Shown in pieces: positions 17,467 to 26,765 of a stretch of DNA of 64,000 nt. The translations under genes and the position numbers were made by a program. Below the pieces are notes generated by a model. It was not told the DNA's origin, made no database searches, and saw nothing but the letters and a program-made list of their open reading frames with translations. Within the stretch, counting starts at the first letter, position 1. Each line of letters starts with the position of its first letter. Source of the stretch: Actinomycetota bacterium (GTDB lineage: Bacteria; Actinomycetota; Coriobacteriia; Anaerosomatales; SLCP01); assembly GCA_037446725.1 (NCBI GenBank), contig JBBIIC010000005.1, positions 5,886-69,885 on the forward strand. The letters are read 5' to 3'.

Positions 17467-18077
17467 GACCTCTTTGATGGCGCCCACCTCCCCGCACGCT
17501 CGGCCGCGTCGCGCAGCGCACGGCTCACCCGCCCGGTGCGGGGGCGAGCGGTCGAACCCGCGTGCACACCCTGCAGCACCTGCTCGAGCTCGGCCACGTC
17601 GACCGTGACGTCCTCGCGAAGCGGCGAATGGCCGAGCGGGATGCCGACGACCTCCTTGCCGAGGATCCGCTCCACGAGCTCGATGCGCCAGTCGCTCGCA
17701 AGCAGGATGACGACGTCGTAATCGCGCATGGTGGCAAGCGTCTCGAGCAGACGGTTGAAGACCTCCCCGCCCGAGGCGCCCTCGATGCTCTCCCGCTCGG
17801 CCTGGTTGAAGACAAGGACGAAGTCCAGCCCGTGCTCCTCGGCAAGCGCCCTGATCTGCTCAGCGTTAGCGACGGGGAAGCCCACGAGGGCGATGCGCGC
17901 ACCACGGCGCACCTCGCCGAGCGACTCGAGGAAGGAGACGAACGAGCGCTGCACGCCGTGAGCTCGCGCGACCTCTTCTTGCGTGGCACCCGCCTCGCGG
18001 TCGGCCAGGATGTCGACGAGCGCGTCGAAGAGCTTCTCCTGGCTTATGACCTTCTCGCCGATGCGGAAGAACCTCAC
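17463..18077 (-). CDS. Putative HTH transcriptional regulator with an uncharacterised C-terminal domain
   Basis: GTG 18077 has GGAGG 7 nt upstream. 204 aa. HTH-like segment GATQEEVARAHGVQRSFVSFLE, followed by a Rossmann-like region (ARIALVGFPVAN...). Translationally coupled to the gene at 16525..17466. Confidence 0.7.
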   Translation of the reverse strand: MRFFRIGEKVISQEKLFDALVDILADREAGATQEEVARAHGVQRSFVSFLESLGEVRRGARIALVGFPVANAEQIRALAEEHGLDFVLVFNQAERESIEGASGGEVFNRLLETLATMRDYDVVILLASDWRIELVERILGKEVVGIPLGHSPLREDVTVDVAELEQVLQGVHAGSTARPRTGRVSRALRDAAERAGRWAPSKRS

Positions 18078-18112
18078 GGGCAGACCTCCGGGACGGCTGT
18101 GTCACGCGGACG

Positions 18113-18145
18113 CGTGTGTACACGAATGTGCACACGGGGAGTATA
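18113..18145 (-). promoter_or_regulatory. TATACT -10 box followed by two adjacent 8-bp palindromes (candidate operator) upstream of the HTH gene
   Basis: Reverse strand reads TATACTccccGTGTGCACAttcGTGTACACACG. TGTGCACA and GTGTACAC are each perfect palindromes, lying 36-60 nt upstream of GTG 18077. Confidence 0.3.
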
Positions 18146-18177
18146 GCGCGTCGGGCGCGCGCCTACGCATTCTCGCG

Positions 18178-18942
18178 TCAGGAGTTCTGCCGGTAGATGA
18201 GCATGAGTCCTTCGAGCGTGAGATCCGGCTCGACCGCGGTCACCGTCTCGCAGAGCGGAGCCATGCTTTCGGCAAGGCCACCGGTCGCCACGACCGGCGT
18301 CGCGGTGCCGAGTTCGTCCCACACGCGCCGGACGAGACCGTCGACCATCGCCGCCTCCCCGAGTAGCAACCCGGCTTGCACGCTCGCCCGCGTGTTGGTG
18401 CCGATGACGCGCTGAGGGGCCTCGAGGTCGACCTTCGACAGCCGCGCGGCCTTGGCGAAGAGCGCCTCGGCGCTCGTCTCCACGCCCGGCGCGATCGCTC
18501 CGCCGACATAGGCGCCGTCAGCGTCGATGACATCGATGGTGGTGGCAGTGCCGAAGTCCACCACGACGACCGGGCCCCCGTGCGTCGCATGGGCGGCGAC
18601 CGCGTTGACGATCCGGTCCGCGCCGACCTCGTGAGGGTTGTCGTAGCGGATCGCGATCCCGGTCTTCAGGCCGGGCCCGACCACCATCGGCGCGCCGCCG
18701 CACGCGCGCTCGGTGATCTCTTCGTACGCGGCGGTCAGCCGCGGGACGACCGAGCACAGCACGACGGTCTCGATGTCGCCCCAGGTGTGGCCGTCGGCCG
18801 CGAGCAGGCCGGCGACCTTGACTCGCAGCTCATCGGCGGTGAGATCGGGGTTGCTCGAGACCCGCCAGTGGCTTCCGAGCCCCGCCTCGTCGAACAGGCC
18901 GAGCACGGTATGGGTGTTGCCGACGTCGACGGCGAGGATCAC
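18178..18942 (-). CDS. coaX: Type III pantothenate kinase
   Basis: Start set to GTG 18942 (GGAAGGGG 8 nt upstream), giving (M)ILAVDVGNTHTV. 254 aa. ASKHA-fold motifs DFGTATT and ATGG are present. Confidence 0.9.
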   Translation of the reverse strand: MILAVDVGNTHTVLGLFDEAGLGSHWRVSSNPDLTADELRVKVAGLLAADGHTWGDIETVVLCSVVPRLTAAYEEITERACGGAPMVVGPGLKTGIAIRYDNPHEVGADRIVNAVAAHATHGGPVVVVDFGTATTIDVIDADGAYVGGAIAPGVETSAEALFAKAARLSKVDLEAPQRVIGTNTRASVQAGLLLGEAAMVDGLVRRVWDELGTATPVVATGGLAESMAPLCETVTAVEPDLTLEGLMLIYRQNS

Positions 18943-19017
18943 CGTGCCCACCCCTTCCTGGAGCCACCCGGCCCATGTGACGAAACGGTGACGCGCGCGA
19001 GGCCCGCGCGGGCTCAA

Positions 19018-19026
19018 TGGTATCAT
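19018..19026 (+). promoter_or_regulatory. Extended -10 element TGGTATCAT upstream of the response-regulator gene
   Basis: TGGTATCAT lies 36 nt upstream of ATG 19062. The identical 9-mer recurs upstream of mqnE (50868..50876). Confidence 0.35.
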
Positions 19027-19061
19027 CGGCGCAGGTAACCCGCGACACCGGGAGGCGCCGC

Positions 19062-19769
19062 ATGACCACCGGAGCAGCGCGGATCCTCGTCGTCGACGAC
19101 GAGGACTCGATCCTCCAGTTCGTCTCGTACAACCTCAAGAAGGAAGGGTACGAGGTCGAGACCGCACACACCGGCGACGAAGCGCTCGAGCTCGCCGCGG
19201 CTCGCTCCTACGACCTCGTCATCCTCGACATCATGCTGCCCGGCTCGGACGGCTACGAGGTGTGCCGCAAGCTTCGGGCCGGAAGCGACGTGCCGGTGCT
19301 CTTCCTGTCCGCGCGCGACACCGAACTCGACAAGGTCGTCGGTCTCGAGCTGGGCGGAGACGACTACCTCGCCAAACCGTTCGGCATCCGGGAGCTGCAG
19401 GCGCGCGTCAAGGCGCTGCTGCGCCGCTCGGCGGCGAGGGCCTCCGCGCACCCGGACCAGCTTCCCGGCGAGCGATTCGAGGCCGCCGGCATCCTGCTCG
19501 ACGAGACCGCGCATGAAGCACGCTTCGGAGGGACCCCCATCGATCTCACCCCGCGCGAGTTCGAGCTGCTTGCAACGCTCATGCGCTACGCGGGCAACGT
19601 GCTCAGCCGCGAACAGCTCCTGCGGCAGGCATGGGGCTGGGAGCACCTCGTCGAGACCAAGACCGTGGACACCCACATCAAACGGCTGCGCGACAAGCTC
19701 ACCGCCGCCGGCGTCGACCCGTCGGTCGTCGAGACGGTCCGCGGGTACGGCTACCGCATCCAGGCGTGA
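19062..19769 (+). CDS. OmpR/PhoB-family response regulator
   Basis: ATG 19062 has GGAGG 6 nt upstream. Receiver domain (ILVVDDE...DLVILDIMLPG) plus winged-helix output (VDTHIKRLRDKL...VRGYGYR). Confidence 0.92.
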   Translation: MTTGAARILVVDDEDSILQFVSYNLKKEGYEVETAHTGDEALELAAARSYDLVILDIMLPGSDGYEVCRKLRAGSDVPVLFLSARDTELDKVVGLELGGDDYLAKPFGIRELQARVKALLRRSAARASAHPDQLPGERFEAAGILLDETAHEARFGGTPIDLTPREFELLATLMRYAGNVLSREQLLRQAWGWEHLVETKTVDTHIKRLRDKLTAAGVDPSVVETVRGYGYRIQA

Positions 19770-19776
19770 GCCCGCG

Positions 19777-21195
19777 ATGCACCTCGGCCTGTCGATCCGT
19801 GCGCGTCTGTTCGCCTCGCTGCTGGCGGTCGCGCTCATCTCGGCCGCCGGACTGTCCTGGTACTTCCTCAACCAGATGGAGTCTCTCGGACTGCACACGC
19901 TCGAGGAGCGGCTCGGCGGTGAGGCGCTCGTAGCCTCGGCCTTCGTCGCCGAGCGTGGTATCGGGAACGCCGACGAGCTCCAGTCGGCACTCGAGAGCGC
20001 CGACCCCCCGCTGCCCTCGCGCGTACGCGTGCTCGACGGAGCGGGAGTGGCGGTGGCCGACTCGGCCGGTGAGGCGGGCCTCGGCGTGGACTACAGCGAG
20101 CGGGCCGAGGTGGCAGAGGCGCTTGCCGGGCGCTACGGGGCCTTCACCCGAACAGGAGAGGACGGCGCGTTCGCGATGTTCATCGCCTACCCGATCCGCT
20201 CGGGCGGGCAGATCATCGGCGTGTCGTACACCTCGGCGCCGACGCTCTCGGTGACCCTGCTGCTGCGCGAGTACCAGCAGCAACTCGCACTCACGCTCGG
20301 GGTCTTCGCGCTGGCCACACTCGTTCTCGCCGAGCTGCTCTCGCGCTGGCTCACGCGTCCGCTGCGCTACCTCGAGTCTGGCACGGCCGCGTTCGCCGCG
20401 GGCGACTTCGGCGTTCGCGTCGAGCCGGTCGGCGCGAGGGAGACCCGCGCGGTCGCAGAGGCCTTCAACAGCATGGCAGACCGTGTTGAGCACATGGTCG
20501 CCGAGCTCAAGAACGAGGAGCGCCGCAAGTCGCGGTTCGTCTCGGACGTGAGCCACGAACTCCGCACGCCGCTCACTGCCATCCGCGGCGCCGCCGAGAC
20601 CCTGCTCGACGGCGAGGTCCCGCCCGAGGACGCCGAGCGGTTCCTGTCGACGATCGTGAGGGAGTCGGACCGGCTCGCCCGCCTGGCCAACGACCTGCTC
20701 GCGCTCCAGCGCATCGAGGGCGCGACCGGAGAGCTGCCGCTGCGCAGACTCGACCTTGTCGACATCGCCCGCCGGGCCATCGCCGGGCTCGAGCCGCTGC
20801 TCGACGAGCGCGGTGCGAGGGTCGAGGTCTCCGGTGAGGCACCGGCGGTGCTCGGCGATCCGGACCGGATGCAACAAGTCGTCGCGAACCTCATCGACAA
20901 CGCGACGCGTGTGGCCGAGCGCACGACGGTCCGTGTGGAGATCTCCTCCGAGCCCGGCCGTGTCACGCTCTCGGTCCTCGATGAGGGCCCCGGCATCCCC
21001 GAGGCCGATCTCGACCGGCTCTTCGACCGCTTCTACCGGACCCAGGCGAGTCGCGACCGCTCGACCGGTGGTTCGGGGCTCGGACTGGCGATCGTCAAGG
21101 CCATCGTGACCGCCCACGCCGGCGAGATCGAGGCCGCGAACCGTCCCGAAGGCGGGGCGCGCTTCACGATGCGCCTTCCGACGCTCAGGGAGTAG
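19777..21195 (+). CDS. Sensor histidine kinase (2 TM, HAMP, HisKA, HATPase_c)
   Basis: Start moved to ATG 19777 (MHLGLSIRARLFASLLAVALI). H-box SHELRTPLT. N and G boxes (NLIDNA, GSGLGLAIV). Confidence 0.9.
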   Translation: MHLGLSIRARLFASLLAVALISAAGLSWYFLNQMESLGLHTLEERLGGEALVASAFVAERGIGNADELQSALESADPPLPSRVRVLDGAGVAVADSAGEAGLGVDYSERAEVAEALAGRYGAFTRTGEDGAFAMFIAYPIRSGGQIIGVSYTSAPTLSVTLLLREYQQQLALTLGVFALATLVLAELLSRWLTRPLRYLESGTAAFAAGDFGVRVEPVGARETRAVAEAFNSMADRVEHMVAELKNEERRKSRFVSDVSHELRTPLTAIRGAAETLLDGEVPPEDAERFLSTIVRESDRLARLANDLLALQRIEGATGELPLRRLDLVDIARRAIAGLEPLLDERGARVEVSGEAPAVLGDPDRMQQVVANLIDNATRVAERTTVRVEISSEPGRVTLSVLDEGPGIPEADLDRLFDRFYRTQASRDRSTGGSGLGLAIVKAIVTAHAGEIEAANRPEGGARFTMRLPTLRE

Positions 21196-21232
21196 CGAGC
21201 GGCGACACCGGGGCCCGCCGGACCTCGCTTCC

Positions 21233-23761
21233 TCAGCAGCGGTCGAGCGAGAGCGAGGCCAGACCGGGCTCCGCCCCGCCGAGCAGCTCGGCGGTCTCGG
21301 GATGGCACGTGAACACGACCACCTGGCGCGTGCGTGCGAGCTCGGCGACCGCCTCGGCGGCTCCAGCCTTGCGCTGCGGATCGAAGGTGGCGAACACGTC
21401 GTCCATCAGCACCGGCAGCGCGGCCCCCGTCTCCCCGAGCTGCCCGATCAGCGCGAGGCGCAAGGCGAGATAGAGCTGCCCGGCGGTCCCGTCCGAGAGA
21501 ATGCCGGTCTCCTTCGCGCGCGCCGACGCGTCGAAGACCTCGATCGCCGAGTCACCGATGGGCACGGTGAGTCGCCCGTAGCGTCCCCCGGTGATGGTCG
21601 AGAAGAGGCGTTCGGCCTCGCGCACGACCTCGGGCTGGCGTTCCTTCTCGTAGCGCTCCTGCGCGCGCTGCAGGAGGCGGCTCGCCAGGGCGAGTGCCGC
21701 GTAGCGTTCGGTGTGCTGGGCGATGCGCTCGCTCGCGCTCGCCAGCTCGAGCCGCAGCGTGCCCATCGTCCCCTCTCGTTCGCGCTCGCCGATGCGCGTC
21801 TGGAGGCTCGCATGCTCGCTCTTCAGCGCGCCCCAGCGCTCGCGGGCCTCCGCCTCGGCCAGGCCGGCCTGCTCGACGGCCGCCGAGAGCTCCGCGAGTC
21901 CTCCCTCGACGCCAAGCCGCTCGATGATCTCCTGTGCGCGTGACGTCGCATGGGCCTGTCGCGTCTCGGCATCGGTAACAGCGGCCGCGGCCGCTTCGGC
22001 GTCCGCCCGTGCCTGCGCGGCCTCCTGCGCCGCCGAGCGGGCGGTGTCGAGCCTCCCCTTCATCCGCTCGACCGCCGTCTGCGCCTCGCGGACGTCGGCA
22101 GGCGAGGCCATCTCCAGCGACGCCGCGCATAAGCCGACGCGCTCGACGAACGCGGAGATCGCCACGCGCTCCCGCTCCAGCCGCTCTGCGGCGTGGGCGC
22201 ACTCTGCTTCCAGGCGGCGCGCCTCGGAGAGGAGCTCCAGCACGCGAACCACAGCCGCAGGCTCCGAGAAACCCCCCAGCCCACGCTCCTCGAGCCAGGC
22301 CCGCCACTCGGCGCGCGCAGCCTGCGAATGCTCCGCCGCACGCGTGGCGGAGAGCGCTGCCTTCTCGGCGCTCGCGGCGAGGTCGGCGGCCCGATCGGCG
22401 AGCCGTTGCGTGTCGGGACCCGTTCTAATGGCGCCGCCCCTGCGCGCTTGGGTCGCGGCGAAGCCCGCGAGCAGCACGCCCGCGAGCGCCGCAAGCCACT
22501 GGCCGAAGTACAGGCCGGCCGCGGCAAGCACGATGCCGGCCGCGAGCGCCGCCCACGCCACCGAGCCCCCTCGCCCTCCCGCGGCTGGAGCCGGCGTGGA
22601 GATCTCGCGCGCCGCTTCATCGGCGGCGACCTTCGCGCTCTCGGCCTGCTCGTCGCGCTTCTCCGCCGCGTCTTTCGCCCGCTGCGCCGTGCTCAAGAGC
22701 TCGTCCCGCCAGCGCTCGACGCCGGCCCGGGTCTCAGGCGACAGGTCGATCGCCGCCGCTGCCTGCGCTTCGACGCCCGCCTCGGCAAGGCGGGCCTCAC
22801 GCTCGGCTCGCAGGGCGGCGATGCGCTCCTCGAGCTCCCGCGCCGTCTCCGTTCGCTGGCGGATGGCGGAGAGCTCCTCGGCCAGCCCCGAGATGTCCGC
22901 GGCCGCAGCGAGTGCCGCGTCGTCCACCACAGCCCGCTCGACTGCGGCCTGCGCATCCCGGACAACCCGCCTCAACGTCAGCAGCTCGCTCTCCGCGGCC
23001 CCTACGGTTTCCTGCAGCTCGGAGAGCGTCCTGTGTTCCTCGATGAGCATCCGGTGGTGCGTCGAAGCTTCTTCGAGAGCCTCGTTCGCGGCATCGAGCT
23101 CGGTGGCGAGCGCCACGAGGCGCGCGCGGTCGGCGGCCACTTCCTCGCCGGCGTGCTCGAGCTCGGAGATCCTCCTGCGAAGATCGCGGGCGTCGGCGGC
23201 GAGCGAATTGATGAGCGGCCTGGTGCCGCGTGGCTTGTAGAGAGCATCGGCCTCGGCGTCGATGATGGCCCGGACCTCCTGCGGGCTGACCGTGAGCCCG
23301 GCGACCACGGCGTAGAGCCGGGCGATGATGTCGTCGTCCGTGCCCCTGAGCCGCTCGATAGCATCCATCTCGGCAAGGCCGAACCCGAAGACGACCTTGA
23401 ACGCCTGCTTGCTCACGCCGCTCGTGAGCTCGTCGATCAGCCCCGGCCGTTGTGGGCCTCTGAGCGCGCGAACACTCGACGGCCCGCCTTTGGGACCCGA
23501 CACCCGCTCGATGACCCACTCACCCTCTGCGGACTCGAAGACCAGGCGTCCCTCGCGGGGGCCCGCCGGGCTGAGATAAGGTCGGTCGGCGGCGCTCTTC
23601 TTGGTCGGGAAACCGTAGAGCAGGTAGCGAACGAGCGCGGTGAAGCTGCTCTTTCCCGCCTCGTTGGGGCCGAGCACGACGGTAAGGCCGTCACCGAGGG
23701 GACCGAGGCTCGCATCGGTGAGGTTGCCGAAGCGGCCTGCTTCGATCCTGCGCAACCTCAT
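21233..23761 (-). CDS. YhaN/SbcE-like AAA ATPase with long coiled coil
   Basis: 842 aa. N-terminal Walker A GPNEAGKSS. Very long Ala/Glu/Arg-rich coiled coil. C-terminal LPVLMDDVFATFD. The ATG overlaps the upstream nuclease stop (ATGA). Confidence 0.85.
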   Translation of the reverse strand: MRLRRIEAGRFGNLTDASLGPLGDGLTVVLGPNEAGKSSFTALVRYLLYGFPTKKSAADRPYLSPAGPREGRLVFESAEGEWVIERVSGPKGGPSSVRALRGPQRPGLIDELTSGVSKQAFKVVFGFGLAEMDAIERLRGTDDDIIARLYAVVAGLTVSPQEVRAIIDAEADALYKPRGTRPLINSLAADARDLRRRISELEHAGEEVAADRARLVALATELDAANEALEEASTHHRMLIEEHRTLSELQETVGAAESELLTLRRVVRDAQAAVERAVVDDAALAAAADISGLAEELSAIRQRTETARELEERIAALRAEREARLAEAGVEAQAAAAIDLSPETRAGVERWRDELLSTAQRAKDAAEKRDEQAESAKVAADEAAREISTPAPAAGGRGGSVAWAALAAGIVLAAAGLYFGQWLAALAGVLLAGFAATQARRGGAIRTGPDTQRLADRAADLAASAEKAALSATRAAEHSQAARAEWRAWLEERGLGGFSEPAAVVRVLELLSEARRLEAECAHAAERLERERVAISAFVERVGLCAASLEMASPADVREAQTAVERMKGRLDTARSAAQEAAQARADAEAAAAAVTDAETRQAHATSRAQEIIERLGVEGGLAELSAAVEQAGLAEAEARERWGALKSEHASLQTRIGEREREGTMGTLRLELASASERIAQHTERYAALALASRLLQRAQERYEKERQPEVVREAERLFSTITGGRYGRLTVPIGDSAIEVFDASARAKETGILSDGTAGQLYLALRLALIGQLGETGAALPVLMDDVFATFDPQRKAGAAEAVAELARTRQVVVFTCHPETAELLGGAEPGLASLSLDRC

Positions 23762-25011
23762 GACCGCTCCCCCTCTTCGGCAAGGAGCAGGTCGAGGCAG
23801 AGATCGCGCGCGCGGCGAACGGTCTCGGCCGGGTCGAGCTCGAGACCGACATCGCGCACGGACGCACGGACAGGGTCGAGCACCTCGTCGAGGAGCGCCG
23901 CCGCCTCGTCAGGCGGCATCTCGTCCGCTATGCGCATGAGGTCCGCAGCGAAGTCGACGCCCTGGCGCACCCGCTCGAGATCGAGCGGCGCACGTGTCAG
24001 ATCGCGAACACGGTCGAGCCACACCCACGGCACGCCGGCCAGCTGCTCGGCGCGGACCTCGGCGACAAGTTCATCGAAGTCCACGCCCCTCACAAGGAGA
24101 GGATGTGCCTCACTGCGCCCCGTGAGGTCGATCCTGAGCAGGACCGGACGCCCCCCGGATTCGCCGCGCGCGGCGTCGCACTCCCTGTGCAGGGACGCGA
24201 GCACGTCGTCGAGGTTCGTCGCGCCGCCGAGGTCGACCGTGCGTCGCTCCCAGGCGATGACGCCCGTCTCGACGAACTCGGTCGAGACGCCGGTCGCACC
24301 CACTGTGACCACGACGCAGCCGTGCTCTCCGGCCTCATTGGGGTCGAGCCCCTGCGGGCTGCCCGGGTAGACGACGAGCGGCTCTTCAAGCAGCGTCTGG
24401 TGCTGGTGGATGTGACCGAGTGCCCAGTAGTCCATGCCTGCCGCACGCAGGTCGTCGACGGTACACGGTGCATAGGGCTCGTACTGCTGGTTTCCGCCGA
24501 CGTTTGCGTGCAGCACGCCGACGGCGAAAGGGTCGCCGGGCTGCTTGCGAAAGCCGAGTGCGAGATTGGACGTCTCGCGTGCGCGCGCGAAACTGCGCCC
24601 GTATAACACGACCTGCGGATCGTCGTCGGACGGCACCGCGATGCGCTCCACCTCGCTCCCGGAGAAGACATGCACGGTCTCGGGCATCTCGAGGGCCGCG
24701 CCGCGCGCGCCGACAGGATCGTGGTTCCCGCCTGCAAGGAAGACGCGGATGTCCGCCTCCGCGAGACGCCCGGCCGCGGAACGGAACCTGCTCTGCGCGC
24801 GAAACGAGCGTTCCGCGGTGTTGTATGCGTCTCCCGCGACCACGAGGAATGCCGCGTCACGCTCGATGCAGACGTCCACGATGCGGTCGAACGCAGCGAA
24901 CGTGGCGTCCACGCATGCGTCACGGACGCGCGGGTCCGCGGCATCGATCCGGCGAAACGGCGCGTCGAGATGCAGGTCTGCGGCGTGCACGAACGTCAGG
25001 CGCCCGGCCAT
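23758..25011 (-). CDS. YhaO/SbcF (Mre11/SbcD-type) metallophosphoesterase DNA repair exonuclease
   Basis: 417 aa. Calcineurin-like motifs VHAADLHLD, VVAGDAYN, GGNHD and ALGHIH. Confidence 0.88.
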   Translation of the reverse strand: MAGRLTFVHAADLHLDAPFRRIDAADPRVRDACVDATFAAFDRIVDVCIERDAAFLVVAGDAYNTAERSFRAQSRFRSAAGRLAEADIRVFLAGGNHDPVGARGAALEMPETVHVFSGSEVERIAVPSDDDPQVVLYGRSFARARETSNLALGFRKQPGDPFAVGVLHANVGGNQQYEPYAPCTVDDLRAAGMDYWALGHIHQHQTLLEEPLVVYPGSPQGLDPNEAGEHGCVVVTVGATGVSTEFVETGVIAWERRTVDLGGATNLDDVLASLHRECDAARGESGGRPVLLRIDLTGRSEAHPLLVRGVDFDELVAEVRAEQLAGVPWVWLDRVRDLTRAPLDLERVRQGVDFAADLMRIADEMPPDEAAALLDEVLDPVRASVRDVGLELDPAETVRRARDLCLDLLLAEEGERS

Positions 25012-25085
25012 CCAGTCCCCCTCCGGTCTCGGTCATCACCATAGTAGACCGAGGGTCTGACACGCGACACCCGCCGTGGTGACGA

Positions 25086-25667
25086 TCAGAACTCCAGGCC
25101 CGCCCGGCCGAGTGCCCGTGTGACGCCGAGCGCCGCGACGGCCTTGACCGCGTCGATGGCGATGAACGGGGCCACACCGACGGCGAACGCGGCGAGGGGC
25201 CCCATGCCGGTCACCACCGCAAGCTGGGCCCATCCCGCCAGGTAGATCACGGCCACACCGGCGGCGAGAGCGACGGCCTCGGCGATCGTGCGCGAAACAC
25301 CGAACAAACGCGACCGCCGCAGCACGGAGACGGCCGGCGCGGCCAGCAGGAAGCCCAACAGGTAGCCGCCGGTCGGACCCGCGAGCACGCCCGGGCCGCT
25401 GAGACCGCCCGAGAAGACCGGGAGGCCCGCCGCTCCGAGCAGCAGGTAGACACCCACAGCCGCGAACGCGGCCCGTGGAGTGAGGAGCAGCCCTGCAAGC
25501 AGCACGATGAAGACCTGCAACGTCACCGGCACGGTGCCGACCGGTATCGCGATCCACGCCGAGGCCGCGAGTAGGGCCGCCAGCAGCGCGGCGGTGACGG
25601 CGCGGCGGGTACGTCCCACGCCGCGGTGGGCGGCCGCAGGTCGGGCGGTGGCGGTCTCGTCGGTCAT
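25086..25667 (-). CDS. bioY: Biotin transporter BioY (ECF S-component)
   Basis: Start moved to ATG 25667 (GAAGGA upstream). 193 aa. BioY-like VTLQVFIVLLAGLLL...LGAAGLPVFSGG...GPTGGYLLGF. Confidence 0.88.
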   Translation of the reverse strand: MTDETATARPAAAHRGVGRTRRAVTAALLAALLAASAWIAIPVGTVPVTLQVFIVLLAGLLLTPRAAFAAVGVYLLLGAAGLPVFSGGLSGPGVLAGPTGGYLLGFLLAAPAVSVLRRSRLFGVSRTIAEAVALAAGVAVIYLAGWAQLAVVTGMGPLAAFAVGVAPFIAIDAVKAVAALGVTRALGRAGLEF

Positions 25668-25723
25668 GTGGCGTGTCCTTCGCTCAGGGTGATCGAGGTG
25701 CCCGGGCCTTCGGGCACATGGTC

Positions 25724-25753
25724 TGTTAACCATATCACTCCCGAGGGTGTACA
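25724..25753 (-). promoter_or_regulatory. Candidate BirA operator (imperfect inverted repeat TGTACACC-N14-GGTTAACA)
   Basis: Reverse strand reads TGTACACCctcgggagtgatatGGTTAACA, 57-86 nt upstream of bioY and immediately downstream of birA. The half-sites match each other at 6/8 positions and resemble the TGTTAACC-type BirA boxes I recall from Gram-positive bacteria. Confidence 0.4.
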
Positions 25754-25761
25754 TATAGTGC

Positions 25762-25785
25762 GTTGCCCGACGACGGTCGGGCAAC
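25762..25785 (-). terminator. Perfect 10-bp stem-loop just after the birA stop
   Basis: GTTGCCCGAC-gacg-GTCGGGCAAC, 15 nt downstream of the birA stop. There is no clear U-tract, so it is a terminator or a stabiliser. Confidence 0.4.
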
Positions 25786-25799
25786 GAGCCGGGTGGCCC

Positions 25800-26765
25800 C
25801 TACCCGCGATCTCCAGCGAGCGTGACGTCGCCCGACACCACCTCGACGACGCCGCCTGCCGCCTCCACCCGCAGCCTGCCCGAATCGTCGACACCCGCGG
25901 CCCGGCCCTCGGCCACGACCGAGCCGCCGACCGCGTCGCGCGCGCATACGGGCATGCCGGCGAGCTCGTCACGCGCCTCGAACGCCGCCCGCACGGCCCC
26001 GAACCCCTCCTCCACGAGCAGGCGGTAGCCCTCCGAGATGCCGTCGAGCACCGTTGCGGCCGCAGCTGCGAGGCCGGTCCCCGGCGCGACGTCCGCCAGA
26101 TATGCGGCACCTTCGCTCGGGCTCGCGGGCCTGACCACGTTCAGCCCGACCCCCACCACCAGCCAGAGTGTCCGGTCGGCCTCGGCCGAGATCTCCAGCA
26201 GCACGCCGGCGATCTTGCGGCCGCCAAGCCGTACGTCGTTGGGCCACTTGACCTGGGCCTCGACCCCGAACCGGTCGAGGGCGCGGGCCACGCCCGTCGC
26301 GACCGCGAGCGGCATCCCCGTGAGCTCCGCTGGTGCGAGCGGCGGCCTCAGCACCGCCGACACGTACACGCCACCCGTCGGTGACTCCCACGACCTGCCG
26401 AGGCGTCCCCGCCCTGCGGTCTGGCGCGAAGCGAGCACGGCCGTCCCGTGGACGGCACCCGCACGGGCGAGGGCTGCGGCATCCGCGTTGGTCGACCCGG
26501 TCTCGCCCCCGCCCTCGAGCCGCTGCCAGATCGTGCTCCGCAGCTCACGGCGCACCTCAGCGGGCAAGGGGACGTCGGGCGCGCCGGTGAGCGAGTAGCC
26601 CCGGCCTTGAACCGCCGCTATCTCGTAGCCTGCCGCGCGAAGCGCGTTCACGTGTTTACCGACAGCCACCCGCGAGATGCCGAATCGCCTCGCAAGGTCC
26701 TCGCCGGAGACAGGCCCGCCGCCCGCGTCGCGAAGCGCCTCGAGCACGTCGTCGCGCCGGCTCAC
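25800..26765 (-). CDS. birA: Bifunctional biotin-[acetyl-CoA-carboxylase] ligase / biotin operon repressor
   Basis: 321 aa. N-terminal wHTH (GEDLARRFGISRVAVGKHVNALRAAGY). Ligase motif GRGRLGRSWESP. The GTG start overlaps the dedA stop (GTGA). Confidence 0.92.
   Translation of the reverse strand: MSRRDDVLEALRDAGGGPVSGEDLARRFGISRVAVGKHVNALRAAGYEIAAVQGRGYSLTGAPDVPLPAEVRRELRSTIWQRLEGGGETGSTNADAAALARAGAVHGTAVLASRQTAGRGRLGRSWESPTGGVYVSAVLRPPLAPAELTGMPLAVATGVARALDRFGVEAQVKWPNDVRLGGRKIAGVLLEISAEADRTLWLVVGVGLNVVRPASPSEGAAYLADVAPGTGLAAAAATVLDGISEGYRLLVEEGFGAVRAAFEARDELAGMPVCARDAVGGSVVAEGRAAGVDDSGRLRVEAAGGVVEVVSGDVTLAGDRG

Noticed and set aside
16525-17487. Labelling the 313-320 aa protein as quinate 5-dehydrogenase
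   Set aside because: I recall that label only as a propagated annotation for this family. I see no shikimate/quinate dehydrogenase motifs, so it is left as function unknown.
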